DNA from: Nitrospirota bacterium
Lineage (GTDB): Bacteria; Nitrospirota; Nitrospiria; Nitrospirales; Nitrospiraceae
Assembly: GCA_963701855.1 (NCBI GenBank)
Contig: CAVPBK010000004.1
Coordinates: 317,604 to 381,603, forward strand
Length of the DNA stretch: 64,000 nt
Direction: 5' to 3'
Positions within the stretch are counted from its first letter, which is position 1; the number at the start of each line of letters is the position of its first letter. The notes under the pieces were generated by a model. The model saw nothing but the letters and a program-made list of their open reading frames with translations, had not been told where the DNA came from and ran no database searches. The position numbers and the translations under genes are program-made. Of this stretch, positions 10,489 through 20,683 are shown in pieces.

Positions 10489-11790
10489 TCAGAGTGTTTT
10501 GGCCCGATACGTCAACAGCCGTAGCTGCGTATACTCATCGAAAATCTTTTTTGCGCTCTCCCGCTCTTTATCGGTCGCCAAGGTCGCCAGATATTTTTCT
10601 TTGAGTGCCGGTTCGGGCGTCGGAATCAACGCATAGTTCAGCACTGCTTCAATCGATGCGGCAGCCGATCCGGACGGGATCGCAAGGGAGAAGGGGACTT
10701 TTCGCGTATGGCCCCCCTTGATGAAGGGATCGGGAATTGGACCCCGGAGAATTTTGTCGTAGGGCAAACCAAACTGCTTGGTCTCTTCCTTCAGCACCTT
10801 GCCCTGCGCATCCTTGGCGGTCATAGTCAGATAAAACTGCGTGAGCACGGGGTCACCGTCAGGAAAGCTGTGAGGGAGACTGCCGATCCTTACCAGCGCC
10901 GTCCCCTCCACTGCAGAAGCAGACTTGGCAGTCTCAAGATCCACGCGGGGCATCCATTCGGCCTGTACGTTGCGATTCTTGATGATCGCGCCGGGAACCA
11001 CCACGCCGCGAAACCAGTGCCGGCCGATTGCGCGGGTCATGGCGCCGCGCTTCGAAGTGGAACTGCCGGTCGATGGTTCCATGTGGCAGTCTTGACAAAT
11101 TGTCCCCTGCAAGATCTCACCCGCAAGATCTCTCTGCGTCACATCTTTCACTTTATCGAAATGGCAAGAAGCGCAATAGTTCGCGCCACGGAACACTTCA
11201 GATTGCGTAGCAGGATGAACGAGGTTTTCCTCCGGATTCGCATAGGGCCCATAGATCATCTTGCCTGGCTCAATCTTGAACGAGGGTGGAGAGTCGGCAG
11301 TCTGCTCAGTCTGCTTGATCAGATGGCAAGAGGCGCAGCCGATGCCCTCCACCTGCGGCTTGCCGGACAACACCTGAGCCACAATCTTGTCGGCATGTTG
11401 CGGGAACACGGTAGTTGACGGAACATGACAAGCGAGACAGCGGCGGCGCTCGTCTGCCGTCGGATCAGTCTGCAGCCAGACGCCCAAGACCGTGCGGAAT
11501 ACCAGAGACTCCAGCGACGTACCATGCAAGAGCGCCGCATCAACCCGGCCGAAGGCCTTGAGGTCAGGCGTCTGTTCGCGCGCACCTTTCCACTCTTCAT
11601 AGTGCCGATCGTGGCATTGCTTGCAATCCTCCGATCGAATGAAGATCTTTTCGATTTCAGCCATCCAGTCGGCCTGAGCTTCTGCCTTCTGCGCGATGGC
11701 GAGGCCATGATATAGGCCGATGATACCGACAATGAGCAAGAAGAAGACACCTGCGGCAATGTGCTGTGCATATGTGCTGCGTCGTAACAT
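10489..11790 (-). CDS. Pentaheme c-type cytochrome, paralog of 9003..10250
   Basis: CKQCH, CLACH, CASCH, CASCH and CQDCH; N-terminal signal/TM segment. Confidence 0.9.
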   Translation of the reverse strand: MLRRSTYAQHIAAGVFFLLIVGIIGLYHGLAIAQKAEAQADWMAEIEKIFIRSEDCKQCHDRHYEEWKGAREQTPDLKAFGRVDAALLHGTSLESLVFRTVLGVWLQTDPTADERRRCLACHVPSTTVFPQHADKIVAQVLSGKPQVEGIGCASCHLIKQTEQTADSPPSFKIEPGKMIYGPYANPEENLVHPATQSEVFRGANYCASCHFDKVKDVTQRDLAGEILQGTICQDCHMEPSTGSSTSKRGAMTRAIGRHWFRGVVVPGAIIKNRNVQAEWMPRVDLETAKSASAVEGTALVRIGSLPHSFPDGDPVLTQFYLTMTAKDAQGKVLKEETKQFGLPYDKILRGPIPDPFIKGGHTRKVPFSLAIPSGSAAASIEAVLNYALIPTPEPALKEKYLATLATDKERESAKKIFDEYTQLRLLTYRAKTL

Positions 11791-11792
11791 CG

Positions 11793-12278
11793 TCAATCCC
11801 GCTTACACCCGACGAAATGGAAATTCACCCCCCACCCGACCGGATCGCCAGGGTCGGCCGGCTCATAGGTGCCGACAGTAAAATTACAGGCTTTCATCCC
11901 GTGCTTGATCGCTCGCCCAAACTCAATCATGTTTCTGATCTCAGTCTTGTCGATTTCCTTGATGATGGATCGGACCTTGATGCCGGCGTTGTCGGCGCGC
12001 GAGCTTCCAATCACTTCGAACACCGCGACGCCCTGTGCTCGTTCGAGTTTCAATTCTTTCTTGATATCCTCGTCTACGTCTCCGACGATCACACCGAATT
12101 CTTCACCCAATCGCCCGGCTTCATCCACGGTCATCGGCTCCTGATTCGCCGCACTCACCGGCGCCGTCGCGAAACCGGCCGGAACTCCCATACACAAGCT
12201 GACCCACAAGACAAAGGCCCTTCCACTCCGAAGGGCCTTTGTCTGATCACTGACTGAACTGATTCGAGCACCTTCCAA
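11793..12278 (-). CDS. Secreted PDZ-domain protein
   Basis: Signal-peptide-like N-terminus; GVAVFEVIGSSRADNAGIK..IIKEID PDZ signature. Start uncertain. Confidence 0.75.
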   Translation of the reverse strand: MEGARISSVSDQTKALRSGRAFVLWVSLCMGVPAGFATAPVSAANQEPMTVDEAGRLGEEFGVIVGDVDEDIKKELKLERAQGVAVFEVIGSSRADNAGIKVRSIIKEIDKTEIRNMIEFGRAIKHGMKACNFTVGTYEPADPGDPVGWGVNFHFVGCKRD

Positions 12279-12317
12279 TGTTGTGCCTCTCTACAACCAT
12301 CCCGCCAAAAAATTTAA

Positions 12318-12576
12318 CGGGCTGCTGGAAGAGTTTACCGCTGCAGCACAACAGAAGCACTCTCCCGCAAGATGCTCAAAAGATTCGTCCAACAAGGCCG
12401 CAGGCGAATCGAAACCGGAGGAGGTACCGACCGCACTTCGTGGAGCCGTTCGTCCGTATAATTGCTCTTGGCGAACGGAAAACCCCCTTCAACACTTCCG
12501 ACCTCCGAGAATTTCAATCCGAACGTTGAGGATTTCAATGAGTCGAGAACGAAGTTAACGGACTTTTTCAGCGCCC
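12318..12576 (+). repeat. MITE-like repeat, divergent copy
   Basis: CAAGATGCTCAAAAG..CAAGGCCGCAG..CGTTGAG..GAGAACGAAG..GACTTTTTCAGCGCC. Confidence 0.75.
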
Positions 12577-12578
12577 AA

Positions 12579-13439
12579 CTAAAGCTTTGCGACCGGGTCG
12601 ATGATGAGCTGAAACCAGGGCGCGACGGCTTTCTGTCCGTTCCGCTCTTTATTCTCCCCGTTCCACACGGCAAACGACACGGTTTGTACCCGGCCAGGGA
12701 TCAGCTTGGCTTCGTTCTCTTGCTCTTCACTCACCAAGGATCTGCGCATGACGACATGCCACACTCCATCTTTCCATGCAGCCTTCCCCTGAACACGGCC
12801 CTGCTTCTCTTTGGTCGTCAGAGTACTAAATCCCCCGCCGATGAGATCCTCGACAGAAGAGGCCCGGCGTGGAATGACTTCGAACGTCCGCACACCGTCG
12901 CGGGCCTTCTCAGAAGGCTTGGCGGCTCGACGATCGATATCGCTCTGCCAGTCGGCCTTCCAATGCCAGATGTTGATGTAGTGATCGAGTTGGCCCATGC
13001 AGAAGAACGCGGGAGCATCGCCGAGCGGGAGTCCGATTGCCACGCCGTCACGAAAGGTTCCTGGAGTCAGGCGGTCGTTCTTCGTGTTGTCCTGCCATTC
13101 AAGCAGAAAGGCAATTTCGGCGCCGTTGTGGAGCGATCGCACCGTCAAGGCTCGCGCGGTCGGCTCCGGCCAGACCGGTCTGGTAATGACCTGTCCGCTC
13201 AATGGAAGCGTCATCGGCGAGACCTTAGCCCAGGCGTCATCCTCAGGCTCCGCCGGCAACGGCCCCTCGACGAGACGCGCGCGAATAATCATCCCCTCGG
13301 AACTGACCAGGGGCACACCGAACCCTACTAAAACACCGGCCACAACCAAAATGAAGAGGAACAGGAGAAATACCGGGCGGGAAGATATCTTCGTCGTCGT
13401 ACGCACTATGCAAAGCCCTCGGGTGACCGGCGCGAGCAC
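12579..13439 (-). CDS. Ethylbenzene-dehydrogenase gamma-like heme b protein (candidate NXR gamma subunit, paralog)
   Basis: FRDGVAI..FCMGQ..NIWHWKADWQ and GGFSTLT, plus FAVWNGENKERNGQK (Met/Lys heme ligands); N-terminal TM. True start probably ~13405. Confidence 0.85.
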   Translation of the reverse strand: MLAPVTRGLCIVRTTTKISSRPVFLLFLFILVVAGVLVGFGVPLVSSEGMIIRARLVEGPLPAEPEDDAWAKVSPMTLPLSGQVITRPVWPEPTARALTVRSLHNGAEIAFLLEWQDNTKNDRLTPGTFRDGVAIGLPLGDAPAFFCMGQLDHYINIWHWKADWQSDIDRRAAKPSEKARDGVRTFEVIPRRASSVEDLIGGGFSTLTTKEKQGRVQGKAAWKDGVWHVVMRRSLVSEEQENEAKLIPGRVQTVSFAVWNGENKERNGQKAVAPWFQLIIDPVAKL

Positions 13440-13501
13440 ATCGCGATGGGCTCAGAATACCACACAGTCCGAGCAAGACCAATCCGACTGCAGGCGAATT
13501 G

Positions 13502-14755
13502 CTACAAGAGTTTTACACGGCGAATTTTGTTTTCGCCCCGTTCGCAGATGTAGAGATAGCCCTGGGTGTCCAGTGAAAGTCCGACCGGAGAGTTGACGAC
13601 AGCTTCCACTCCGAGGAGTCCGTCCCCATGTTTCACCGTTCCAGCCGACTCTTTCGCCACGAAACGAGCTGCGCCGCAGCCACCCATATTCTTGTCTTCG
13701 TAGCCGCTGTCACCGTTGCCTGCCACCGTCGTGATCAAGCCGGTTGCAACTTCTACCTTACGCACGCGATGATTCATCGTATCGGAGATGTAGAGATTGT
13801 CCTGTCGATCGACCACCACAGCTTCCGGCGCATGAAGCATGGCTCTGATCGCCGGCTTGTCGTCACCGTCGTAGCCGTACCGGCACACGCCGGCTACAGT
13901 CGAGATGACGCCGCTGCGGTGATCGATACTACGGACGCGGTTACTGCCTTTGTCGACGAAAATAATATCGCCTTTCCCGTTCACCGTGATCCCAACGACA
14001 TCGTAGATGCGGGCTTCGAGCGCGGGCTTTCCATCGTCGAGATACATCGACATGTCCAGTCCGTCTGAACAGACCGGCATAAGCCAGCCATGATCATCGC
14101 TGAAGTCGATGCCGATGGCATCGCCGGAGAGTACCACCAGATTCCGCGCCACGAGCGGCTGTTCACGGGCCTCGTCCTCTGCCGTCCAAGTCCCGGCGAC
14201 GGTCGTCACCATGCCTGTCAGAGGATCGTAGCGACGGATTCGGTGCGCCTGGGTGTCGGCAATGTACATCACATCGTTGGGATCGAAAGCGATGGCGGCC
14301 GGCCAGGTGAGATTGACCTCAAGGGCCGGACCATCTCCATTGAACCCATGCTGCCCGGTGCCAATGATCGTAGTGATGATGCCGGTCTCATGGTTCACTT
14401 TCCTGATGCGGTTACTGCCGGAATCGCAGATGTAGAGATCATTGCGGGAGTCGAATGCGACGTCGAGCGGTAGATAGAGCCCGGCTTCCCCACAGAGGCC
14501 TTCGTCTCCGCTATAGCAGGTTTCGCCGATACCGGCAAAATTATGAAGCGTGCCTTCCCGAAGATTGACCCGCCGGATACGATCGGACCCGGACTCGGCA
14601 AAGTAGAACCAGGTCTCGTCCTTGTCGAGGGCGGCATGATGCGGCAGTGGAATCCCGGACTTAACCGCCCGTTTTCCATCTCCGGTGCTCCGGGCCTTGC
14701 CGTTGCCTGCGAAGGTCTCGATATAGCCGGTCGCGAGCTGAAGCTCAACTTCCAT
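13502..14755 (-). CDS. NHL-repeat beta-propeller protein
   Basis: Repeated P.[DG]VA.D...LYI.D....RIR.V units with GDG.PA loops. Confidence 0.85.
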   Translation of the reverse strand: MEVELQLATGYIETFAGNGKARSTGDGKRAVKSGIPLPHHAALDKDETWFYFAESGSDRIRRVNLREGTLHNFAGIGETCYSGDEGLCGEAGLYLPLDVAFDSRNDLYICDSGSNRIRKVNHETGIITTIIGTGQHGFNGDGPALEVNLTWPAAIAFDPNDVMYIADTQAHRIRRYDPLTGMVTTVAGTWTAEDEAREQPLVARNLVVLSGDAIGIDFSDDHGWLMPVCSDGLDMSMYLDDGKPALEARIYDVVGITVNGKGDIIFVDKGSNRVRSIDHRSGVISTVAGVCRYGYDGDDKPAIRAMLHAPEAVVVDRQDNLYISDTMNHRVRKVEVATGLITTVAGNGDSGYEDKNMGGCGAARFVAKESAGTVKHGDGLLGVEAVVNSPVGLSLDTQGYLYICERGENKIRRVKLL

Positions 14756-14780
14756 ATGCCTATGGCCCTATCCCGGCTGG

Positions 14781-15062
14781 TTAGCCGCGTGAAGCTGAAT
14801 GAACCGGCGAGGCCGTCTGTTCCACGGGAATCGATGCTTGCACCGTGGGTTGCGGAATCGCTTGCTGCGGAGCGTCGGCCATGTTCTGCTGGGCCGCTTG
14901 GGCTTCGGCTTCAATCGCGTCCGCCTCATGCACGGACTTTTTGAAGCCTTTAATCGCCTTGCCGATCCCCTCTCCCAGCTGCGGCAATTTTCCCGCGCCG
15001 AAGATGACGAGCACGATGACAAGAATCAGGATCAACTCTGTAATACCAAGACTCCCAAACAT
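14781..15062 (-). CDS. tatA: Twin-arginine translocase TatA/E
   Basis: [42 protein letters not shown]. Confidence 0.95.
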   Translation of the reverse strand: MFGSLGITELILILVIVLVIFGAGKLPQLGEGIGKAIKGFKKSVHEADAIEAEAQAAQQNMADAPQQAIPQPTVQASIPVEQTASPVHSASRG

Positions 15063-15091
15063 GGTGTGTTCCTCCCGTATGGTTGGGGCAA

Positions 15092-15901
15092 TCAGGATGC
15101 GCTACTGTCTTTCGCTCGTTTGGAAAACCGGTCTTTCAACCGCTTCCTGGCCTGCTCGGCCTGTTCGAACATCTTCGCCTTATCATAGACACTGATCAAG
15201 TTGTAATAGGCCAGCGGCTCTTCTGGGTTCTGCTCGACGGCCTCTTCCATGACCTTGATGGCGAGATCCACCTTCTTGTGGTTCAACGCCAGTTCCATTA
15301 ACTTGAAACTGCCCTCCAGATGCTTTGGGTCCAATTCGAGCGTGCGGATGTAGCATTGAATGGCCATATCGATTGTATTGTAGTCCGAAACTTGGGGATT
15401 ATCGAGTTCGACATAGACCCCAGCGAGATTGTACCAAGCCATGGGATCGTCCGGTGTAATCTCCACCAGGCGCTCGTAATACCCCTTGGATTCCATGAAC
15501 TTCTTTTTGTCGGCATAGACCCGCCCAAGATTGAAGAGCGCCAGGACATCGTGGGGGAATACGTCGAGCGCATGCTTGAATTCGGTTTCCGCTTCATCTG
15601 TCATAGCCTTCGTCGCGTAGATCGTACCCAAGTTCGAATAGTACATCGCGAGAGACCGATTCATCTCTGCGCGGAGCCCTTCCGCCATTTCAATCGACTT
15701 CTTGACCTCCACAAGCGCGTCATCCATCCGGCCTTTGCTGAAATAGAGCTCGCCTAAACGGCAGCGGGCCTGGAAATCGTCAGGCTCGATCGCCAAGAGT
15801 TTTTCAATCTCGGCGATTTCTTCGTCGGGACTCAGCGGCTGATCGCCAGGATCGACAATGGTCTGGCTTTGATCAGGAACAGAAGCGATTGGTTCGTTCA
15901 T
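15092..15901 (-). CDS. Tetratricopeptide repeat protein
   Basis: Multiple TPRs ([36 protein letters not shown]); ATG 15901 with RBS. Confidence 0.9.
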   Translation of the reverse strand: MNEPIASVPDQSQTIVDPGDQPLSPDEEIAEIEKLLAIEPDDFQARCRLGELYFSKGRMDDALVEVKKSIEMAEGLRAEMNRSLAMYYSNLGTIYATKAMTDEAETEFKHALDVFPHDVLALFNLGRVYADKKKFMESKGYYERLVEITPDDPMAWYNLAGVYVELDNPQVSDYNTIDMAIQCYIRTLELDPKHLEGSFKLMELALNHKKVDLAIKVMEEAVEQNPEEPLAYYNLISVYDKAKMFEQAEQARKRLKDRFSKRAKDSSAS

Positions 15902-15923
15902 ACGATTTCCTGTAGCAATAAAG

Positions 15924-17045
15924 TTAGATGTGTCCGCCCGCCAATGAATCCGGTGTGCCGACCATGGGAGCGTTCGTTGCAGACGCCGATTCCGCCGCAT
16001 TACGCCGTTGTCGATCCATGGTTAAGAGCATCGTGCCGAGCACCACCATGAGCGTCAGATTGGAATACAGAAGCGCATACCCCGCGATAAACATCAATCC
16101 AAGACCATACCCGGCAAGCCGCCCCATATTGAGTAACTTAATAACCGTGTACGACCAGCACAACAGGCCTGTCAGGTAAAACGCAAACGGGAGAAAAAAT
16201 GTGTAACCCATGCCGAACTGAAAGATCCATCCGATGCCATCTGCCGCCTTACGAATGTTACTGGCCATCCCAGCGTCATACCGATGGAGCAGATAATCTA
16301 AGAACAGCATCACCGTAAACACGGATACGGAGGTCGCCCAAAACAAGATGGCGCGTCGACGTTGCCGTTGATTGCGCGTCCGAAACGAGACGCCCTGTCC
16401 ATAGGCCCACATCACCAGGATGCTGGATAAGACCAAGAGCCCTTCACCTCCACGATGCGCCTCGTATACAAACGGCGGGGCCTGCACAGTTCCGATAAAA
16501 CTATAGATGGTGGACATGATCTGATAATACAACCAGCCCCCAACTCCAAGGAGATAGGTAATGCCCATGGCGCGATGCGACCATTCGGTGTGGGTGGAGA
16601 GGTACTCCATCATCAGGCAGATCAACGCGACCAGCGCCACGAGGTTATAAATAGCCGACCCCAGAAAGGCCGGTGGAACCAACAAAAATCCCACCGTGAG
16701 AAGCAACAGGAGCGCGACACAAGGAATGACGATCCTGTTCGATCCCACAAACCCACGATTGGCCATTCGATTGATGCCTGCCACACTGAGGGCAAGAAAC
16801 AGCAGAATCGCCACGACATTGAGCAGCCACTGCCCGATCTGCGTCAAAACCGTGAAGGTTGGGATAATCCATTCATGCTCCTGGGCCAGCTTGCTCAAAT
16901 GCATCCCTAATCGCGACACAAGCCGATACAGGATTAATTCCGAGAAGGAAACGAGCAGGACGAGCTTGATCGTGTACCGAAACAGCAGGGATTGATCACT
17001 GAGCTTCCCCGTAATCCGGTCGATGGTGGGATTCGTCGTAGCCAT
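15924..17045 (-). CDS. Polytopic membrane protein of unknown function
   Basis: About 9-10 hydrophobic segments; in the operon with the radical SAM and TPR genes. Confidence 0.8.
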   Translation of the reverse strand: MATTNPTIDRITGKLSDQSLLFRYTIKLVLLVSFSELILYRLVSRLGMHLSKLAQEHEWIIPTFTVLTQIGQWLLNVVAILLFLALSVAGINRMANRGFVGSNRIVIPCVALLLLLTVGFLLVPPAFLGSAIYNLVALVALICLMMEYLSTHTEWSHRAMGITYLLGVGGWLYYQIMSTIYSFIGTVQAPPFVYEAHRGGEGLLVLSSILVMWAYGQGVSFRTRNQRQRRRAILFWATSVSVFTVMLFLDYLLHRYDAGMASNIRKAADGIGWIFQFGMGYTFFLPFAFYLTGLLCWSYTVIKLLNMGRLAGYGLGLMFIAGYALLYSNLTLMVVLGTMLLTMDRQRRNAAESASATNAPMVGTPDSLAGGHI

Positions 17046-17125
17046 CACTCTGTACACCCTCGCGGAGAATACGAATTACACCGATTCGAGAACAGTCAGG
17101 GACTCCGTCGCACGAAACAGGCGCA

Positions 17126-18907
17126 TTACAACCCAGCCGGCTGCGGTTCGCGCACTTCCCGGGCCTTGGCCCGTGCGATATACAGCAGTCCGTCGGCCAT
17201 CGAGTAGTTGAACGGCAACTCGCACACAACTTCGCTGACTTTTTCGTAGACATGCTGATACAGGCGCTCCGCTTCGTCCGGTGTCATGCCTTCCGACACC
17301 TCATAGAAGAAGCCCAGGCTCAAATCCTCCGCCGACGGGCGCATGATCCGTCTGATTCCATAACTGCCGGGGTCGCTCATGATCGGCGCTTCTTTTTCCA
17401 AATCAAAGAGGCACGGCTGACAAGAGAACCCATACAATCCATGCAGCCGCTCGTTCTCCACGATAAAATTCATCGTCTCCCTGGCCTCTTCTTCCTTCTC
17501 GGTTGGGAACCCCACAATGATGTAGCAATGCAACGCAATCCCCAGATCAATGCAATCGTCGGCAATACGACGCACCCATTCCTGCTTGATCCCCTTCTTC
17601 ATGAAGTCCATCACCCGCTGATTGAACGACTCCAATCCGAACACGATCTTCAGACACCCGGCATCCCGCATCGACGCCAGAAGTTCACGGGTGAGATGCT
17701 TCTCGAAGCGCATCTCACAGGTCCATTTGATATCCAACTTCTTGTCAATGATCTGCTGGCACAACCGTTTAGCCGGTGAGAGGGCCACGCACTCGTCGGT
17801 GAAGAAGAACCGCTGAGCTCCATACCGCTGCTTGAGCCATGCCAATTCCTCGACCGTCCGTCCCGGTTCTTTCTGTCTGAAGTTCTGATGATCCAGCGTG
17901 AGGGCACAGAACGCACAGTCCTTGTAATAGCAGCCTCGTGAAAACTGCACAGGCAGCACTGGCTCCGGCGACAAATACAATCCGAGCGGGAAACCGTCGT
18001 AGTTGGGAGCCGGAAGCTGATTGATATTTTCAGAATAAAACGGCTGGTTAATCGTAATCTTTCCGTTCTGGCGATAGATCAGATTCGGAACTTTGCTGAA
18101 ATCTTTTTTCCCATCCAATTGATTGACGAGTTCGAGCAACGCGGTCTCGCCCTCGAACACGATGATATCGTCGGTCAGATCGAAGAGACTCGGGCAACGG
18201 CGCACATTATCGACCAATCTGGTGAAGATGCTGCCGCCGATGGTCAGATGGATGTTGGGAGCGGTTTCCTTAATCAAACGACAGAGTGTCAGACCGGGGA
18301 TAATCTGCGAGGTCGCCGTAATCGACACGCCAATCAAGTCCGGCTGGTTGTCGACAATCGACTGTACGAAGTGCTCACGAAAGAACCGGATGTAGGGGTT
18401 CTGGGCTTCATCCCTGATGATCTTCATCAGATCTTTAGATGAATAGATGGAACAGTTGCCGAACTGATTGTCGACGACCGTCAGTCGGGTCGGGAAATAG
18501 AGGGTGGAGATCACCTCCAGCCATTTGTCGATGAGAAAAAGACCTTCCTTATAGGATTCGAGATCGTAGAAGCCCTCCCCGCGGAGAGTCTCCTTGGCCG
18601 GTTCGATCCGATCGATGAGATAGGGAAAGCGGTCCAGCGACTCCACCACTCTCGCCAAATGCTCAGCACTTCCCGGTCCAGTTTCTCCAATTCGCTCCCG
18701 CTCAAGCGTGTGCTGTTTATCGACCAACTCTTGATAGAGCGCCGCCCCATAGGAGTGGGTGACTACCTTATCTAAGAGTTCGATCCCAAGATCGCGCTGG
18801 GAAACGTTAGTGACGCCGCCCTGAGCCAAAAACCCCGTCAACGAGGGGAGGCTCAGATAGGGCTGTGACGGATGCCACGTTGGAGGAAAGAGCAGTGAAA
18901 CTTTCAT
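17126..18907 (-). CDS. B12-binding domain radical SAM protein
   Basis: PDLIGVSIT and IGGS cobalamin-binding segment; SRGCYYKDCAFC, FFTDE and FGLES. Confidence 0.9.
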   Translation of the reverse strand: MKVSLLFPPTWHPSQPYLSLPSLTGFLAQGGVTNVSQRDLGIELLDKVVTHSYGAALYQELVDKQHTLERERIGETGPGSAEHLARVVESLDRFPYLIDRIEPAKETLRGEGFYDLESYKEGLFLIDKWLEVISTLYFPTRLTVVDNQFGNCSIYSSKDLMKIIRDEAQNPYIRFFREHFVQSIVDNQPDLIGVSITATSQIIPGLTLCRLIKETAPNIHLTIGGSIFTRLVDNVRRCPSLFDLTDDIIVFEGETALLELVNQLDGKKDFSKVPNLIYRQNGKITINQPFYSENINQLPAPNYDGFPLGLYLSPEPVLPVQFSRGCYYKDCAFCALTLDHQNFRQKEPGRTVEELAWLKQRYGAQRFFFTDECVALSPAKRLCQQIIDKKLDIKWTCEMRFEKHLTRELLASMRDAGCLKIVFGLESFNQRVMDFMKKGIKQEWVRRIADDCIDLGIALHCYIIVGFPTEKEEEARETMNFIVENERLHGLYGFSCQPCLFDLEKEAPIMSDPGSYGIRRIMRPSAEDLSLGFFYEVSEGMTPDEAERLYQHVYEKVSEVVCELPFNYSMADGLLYIARAKAREVREPQPAGL

Positions 18908-19071
18908 GCCGATCATCTCCAACTTGTCGGAAAATAAGTTGAAATATCATTAAATTCAGACTATTTTTATACACTCCGGTCTCGGCCAAATGCAACCCTC
19001 AGAGGCCTCACTTCCTCCACCTCCCGCCTGCCCTCATTTTATCTGTTTAACGGCCTTCCTATAGACATGCC

Positions 19072-19305
19072 TTGGCATACAGAACAAATTTTGATTATAT
19101 TTTGCCATCACTTGAGGAAAGGGAAAATGCCTATGACACTATACGGAAAATCATTGGAGCCAAGTCGAAAGATGAGGTGACCGAGTTCGTTCGTGCGCTT
19201 CCCGCATCGAGTATCATGCAGTGGAAAGTGACGCCGCTCGAGATCTTTGCTCACCGAGCCGACATCGAAAAGAAGGTGGTGCAGGGACTCCGCGCGCAGA
19301 AATAG
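19072..19305 (+). pseudogene. Possible gene remnant (C-terminus resembles muconolactone-isomerase/DUF3303-like proteins)
   Basis: IIGAKSKDEVTEFVRALPASSIMQWKVTPL resembles that family's C-terminus by recall. No convincing start or RBS. Confidence 0.3.
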
Positions 19306-19408
19306 TTCAACTCGCCAATCCGGATCGCATCAGATCTGCACGCCTCGTACGCAGTCACAGCGAATGGCACTTGCGCATAGCCACCATAAATCATGCTGGC
19401 AAACAAAT

Positions 19409-19451
19409 GAGAAAACCCCAGTCCGGCCTGATGCCGGACTGGGGTTTTCTC
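19409..19451. terminator. Bidirectional intrinsic terminator downstream of nxrC
   Basis: Perfect 19-bp inverted repeat GAGAAAACCCCAGTCCGGC-ctgat-GCCGGACTGGGGTTTTCTC. Confidence 0.9.
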
Positions 19452-19473
19452 GTTACGCTATCGCTCTTCCCTG

Positions 19474-20424
19474 CTACAGCTTCAGAGTAAACCAGGTGGA
19501 GAGAGCCTTCATGCCGTTCCGTTCAATATTGTTACCGTCCCACACTGCAAAGGCGATGGGCACGGACATTCCTGCCTTGAACTGGGTATCGTTGGCATCA
19601 CCGGTTTCCAACGTGCGCTTCACCACCACGCGCCAGGTTGGACCAGTGTATCCACCACCCTTGATGGAACCAGAAGGTTCCCACACACCGTTTCCGATAA
19701 CATCCTGATGCGCTTGCGTCGTGAGGGTGCTGAAGCCATTGGCATTCAGATCCTCAACCGAACTCACGCGCAGCGTCGGATCGGACATGATGTTGCCAGA
19801 CCAAATGCCAGGATTAAAGGGCCCAAGGCTCCGGCCGATCCGGTCTGGATAGGTCACGCCGCCCGCTGGCTCTTCGAAATAGTAGTCCCAGAAAATGCCT
19901 GGATATTGGTCGTCCACGTCCCAGATGCCTGCGCTATCCTTACCGATGTCCTTCTGCCACTCCGCGTTCCATCGCCAGATGTTGGTGGTGCCGCCTGACT
20001 GACCCATGCACTGGAAGGGTGGCGCGCCAGCCAAGTTGACTGGGAACATGATCGCCGCCTGATCCCGGAAGTCCTGGGGACCGATAGTCGTATCGTTCTT
20101 GGTCTGATCGATCCACTCTATGCGCAAACCGATCTCTTTGCCGTTGGTCATAGCTTTCACGAACACCGACTTCACCGAAATATTCGGGTGCATCGGCGTG
20201 GTGATCAGTTGCCCGCTCAATGGTACAATCACTCCAGGCACACCCTCCCAGACCGGGTTCGCGCCATCCATCGGGATCGCTCCCTTGACCATCTTCGCCG
20301 GGATCGTCACTGGCTGGCTGACCGCCAACGGAACCTGCCCGATCGTCAGCATCACGCCCACGATCAACGCAGTGAGAAGAACGCCGAGCACCACACGCTT
20401 GCTGTGTGTCTGCACTACGCTCAT
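19474..20424 (-). CDS. nxrC: Putative nitrite oxidoreductase gamma subunit (EbdC-like heme b protein)
   Basis: FRDQAAIMFP..QCMGQ..NIWRWNAEWQ and FAVWDGNNIERNGMK; signal peptide; strong RBS; next to the TorD-like chaperone. Confidence 0.85.
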   Translation of the reverse strand: MSVVQTHSKRVVLGVLLTALIVGVMLTIGQVPLAVSQPVTIPAKMVKGAIPMDGANPVWEGVPGVIVPLSGQLITTPMHPNISVKSVFVKAMTNGKEIGLRIEWIDQTKNDTTIGPQDFRDQAAIMFPVNLAGAPPFQCMGQSGGTTNIWRWNAEWQKDIGKDSAGIWDVDDQYPGIFWDYYFEEPAGGVTYPDRIGRSLGPFNPGIWSGNIMSDPTLRVSSVEDLNANGFSTLTTQAHQDVIGNGVWEPSGSIKGGGYTGPTWRVVVKRTLETGDANDTQFKAGMSVPIAFAVWDGNNIERNGMKALSTWFTLKL

Positions 20425-20473
20425 AAGATATCCCTCCTCTCGATTAAAAGTACACTCACGTTCATGCCAACGA

Positions 20474-20587
20474 TCAATGCGGATTAGTCAGTATAGTAAA
20501 GAGGGCCAAAAGCACACCCGCGACCACCGACGCGATAAGAATACCGATTCTTACGCGGTTGTTCGCCGGCTTCTCTTCTTTTGTCAT
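20474..20587 (-). CDS. Unannotated 37-aa single-pass membrane protein
   Basis: MTKEEKPANNRVRIGILIASVVAGVLLALFTILTNPH*; RBS AGAGGA upstream of ATG 20587; below the ORF-track cutoff. Confidence 0.7.
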   Translation of the reverse strand: MTKEEKPANNRVRIGILIASVVAGVLLALFTILTNPH

Positions 20588-20683
20588 AGGATATTCCTCT
20601 TCTCTACTGAAGAAATCAAGAGTGTTGGCCTAAGATCACTCCCGACAACTTCACAAAGAATCTTTCATGAACATCGTCGACGG

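Noticed and set aside
17126..18907. RiPP biosynthetic cluster around the radical SAM
   Set aside because: No precursor peptide, peptidase or ABC exporter recognised nearby.
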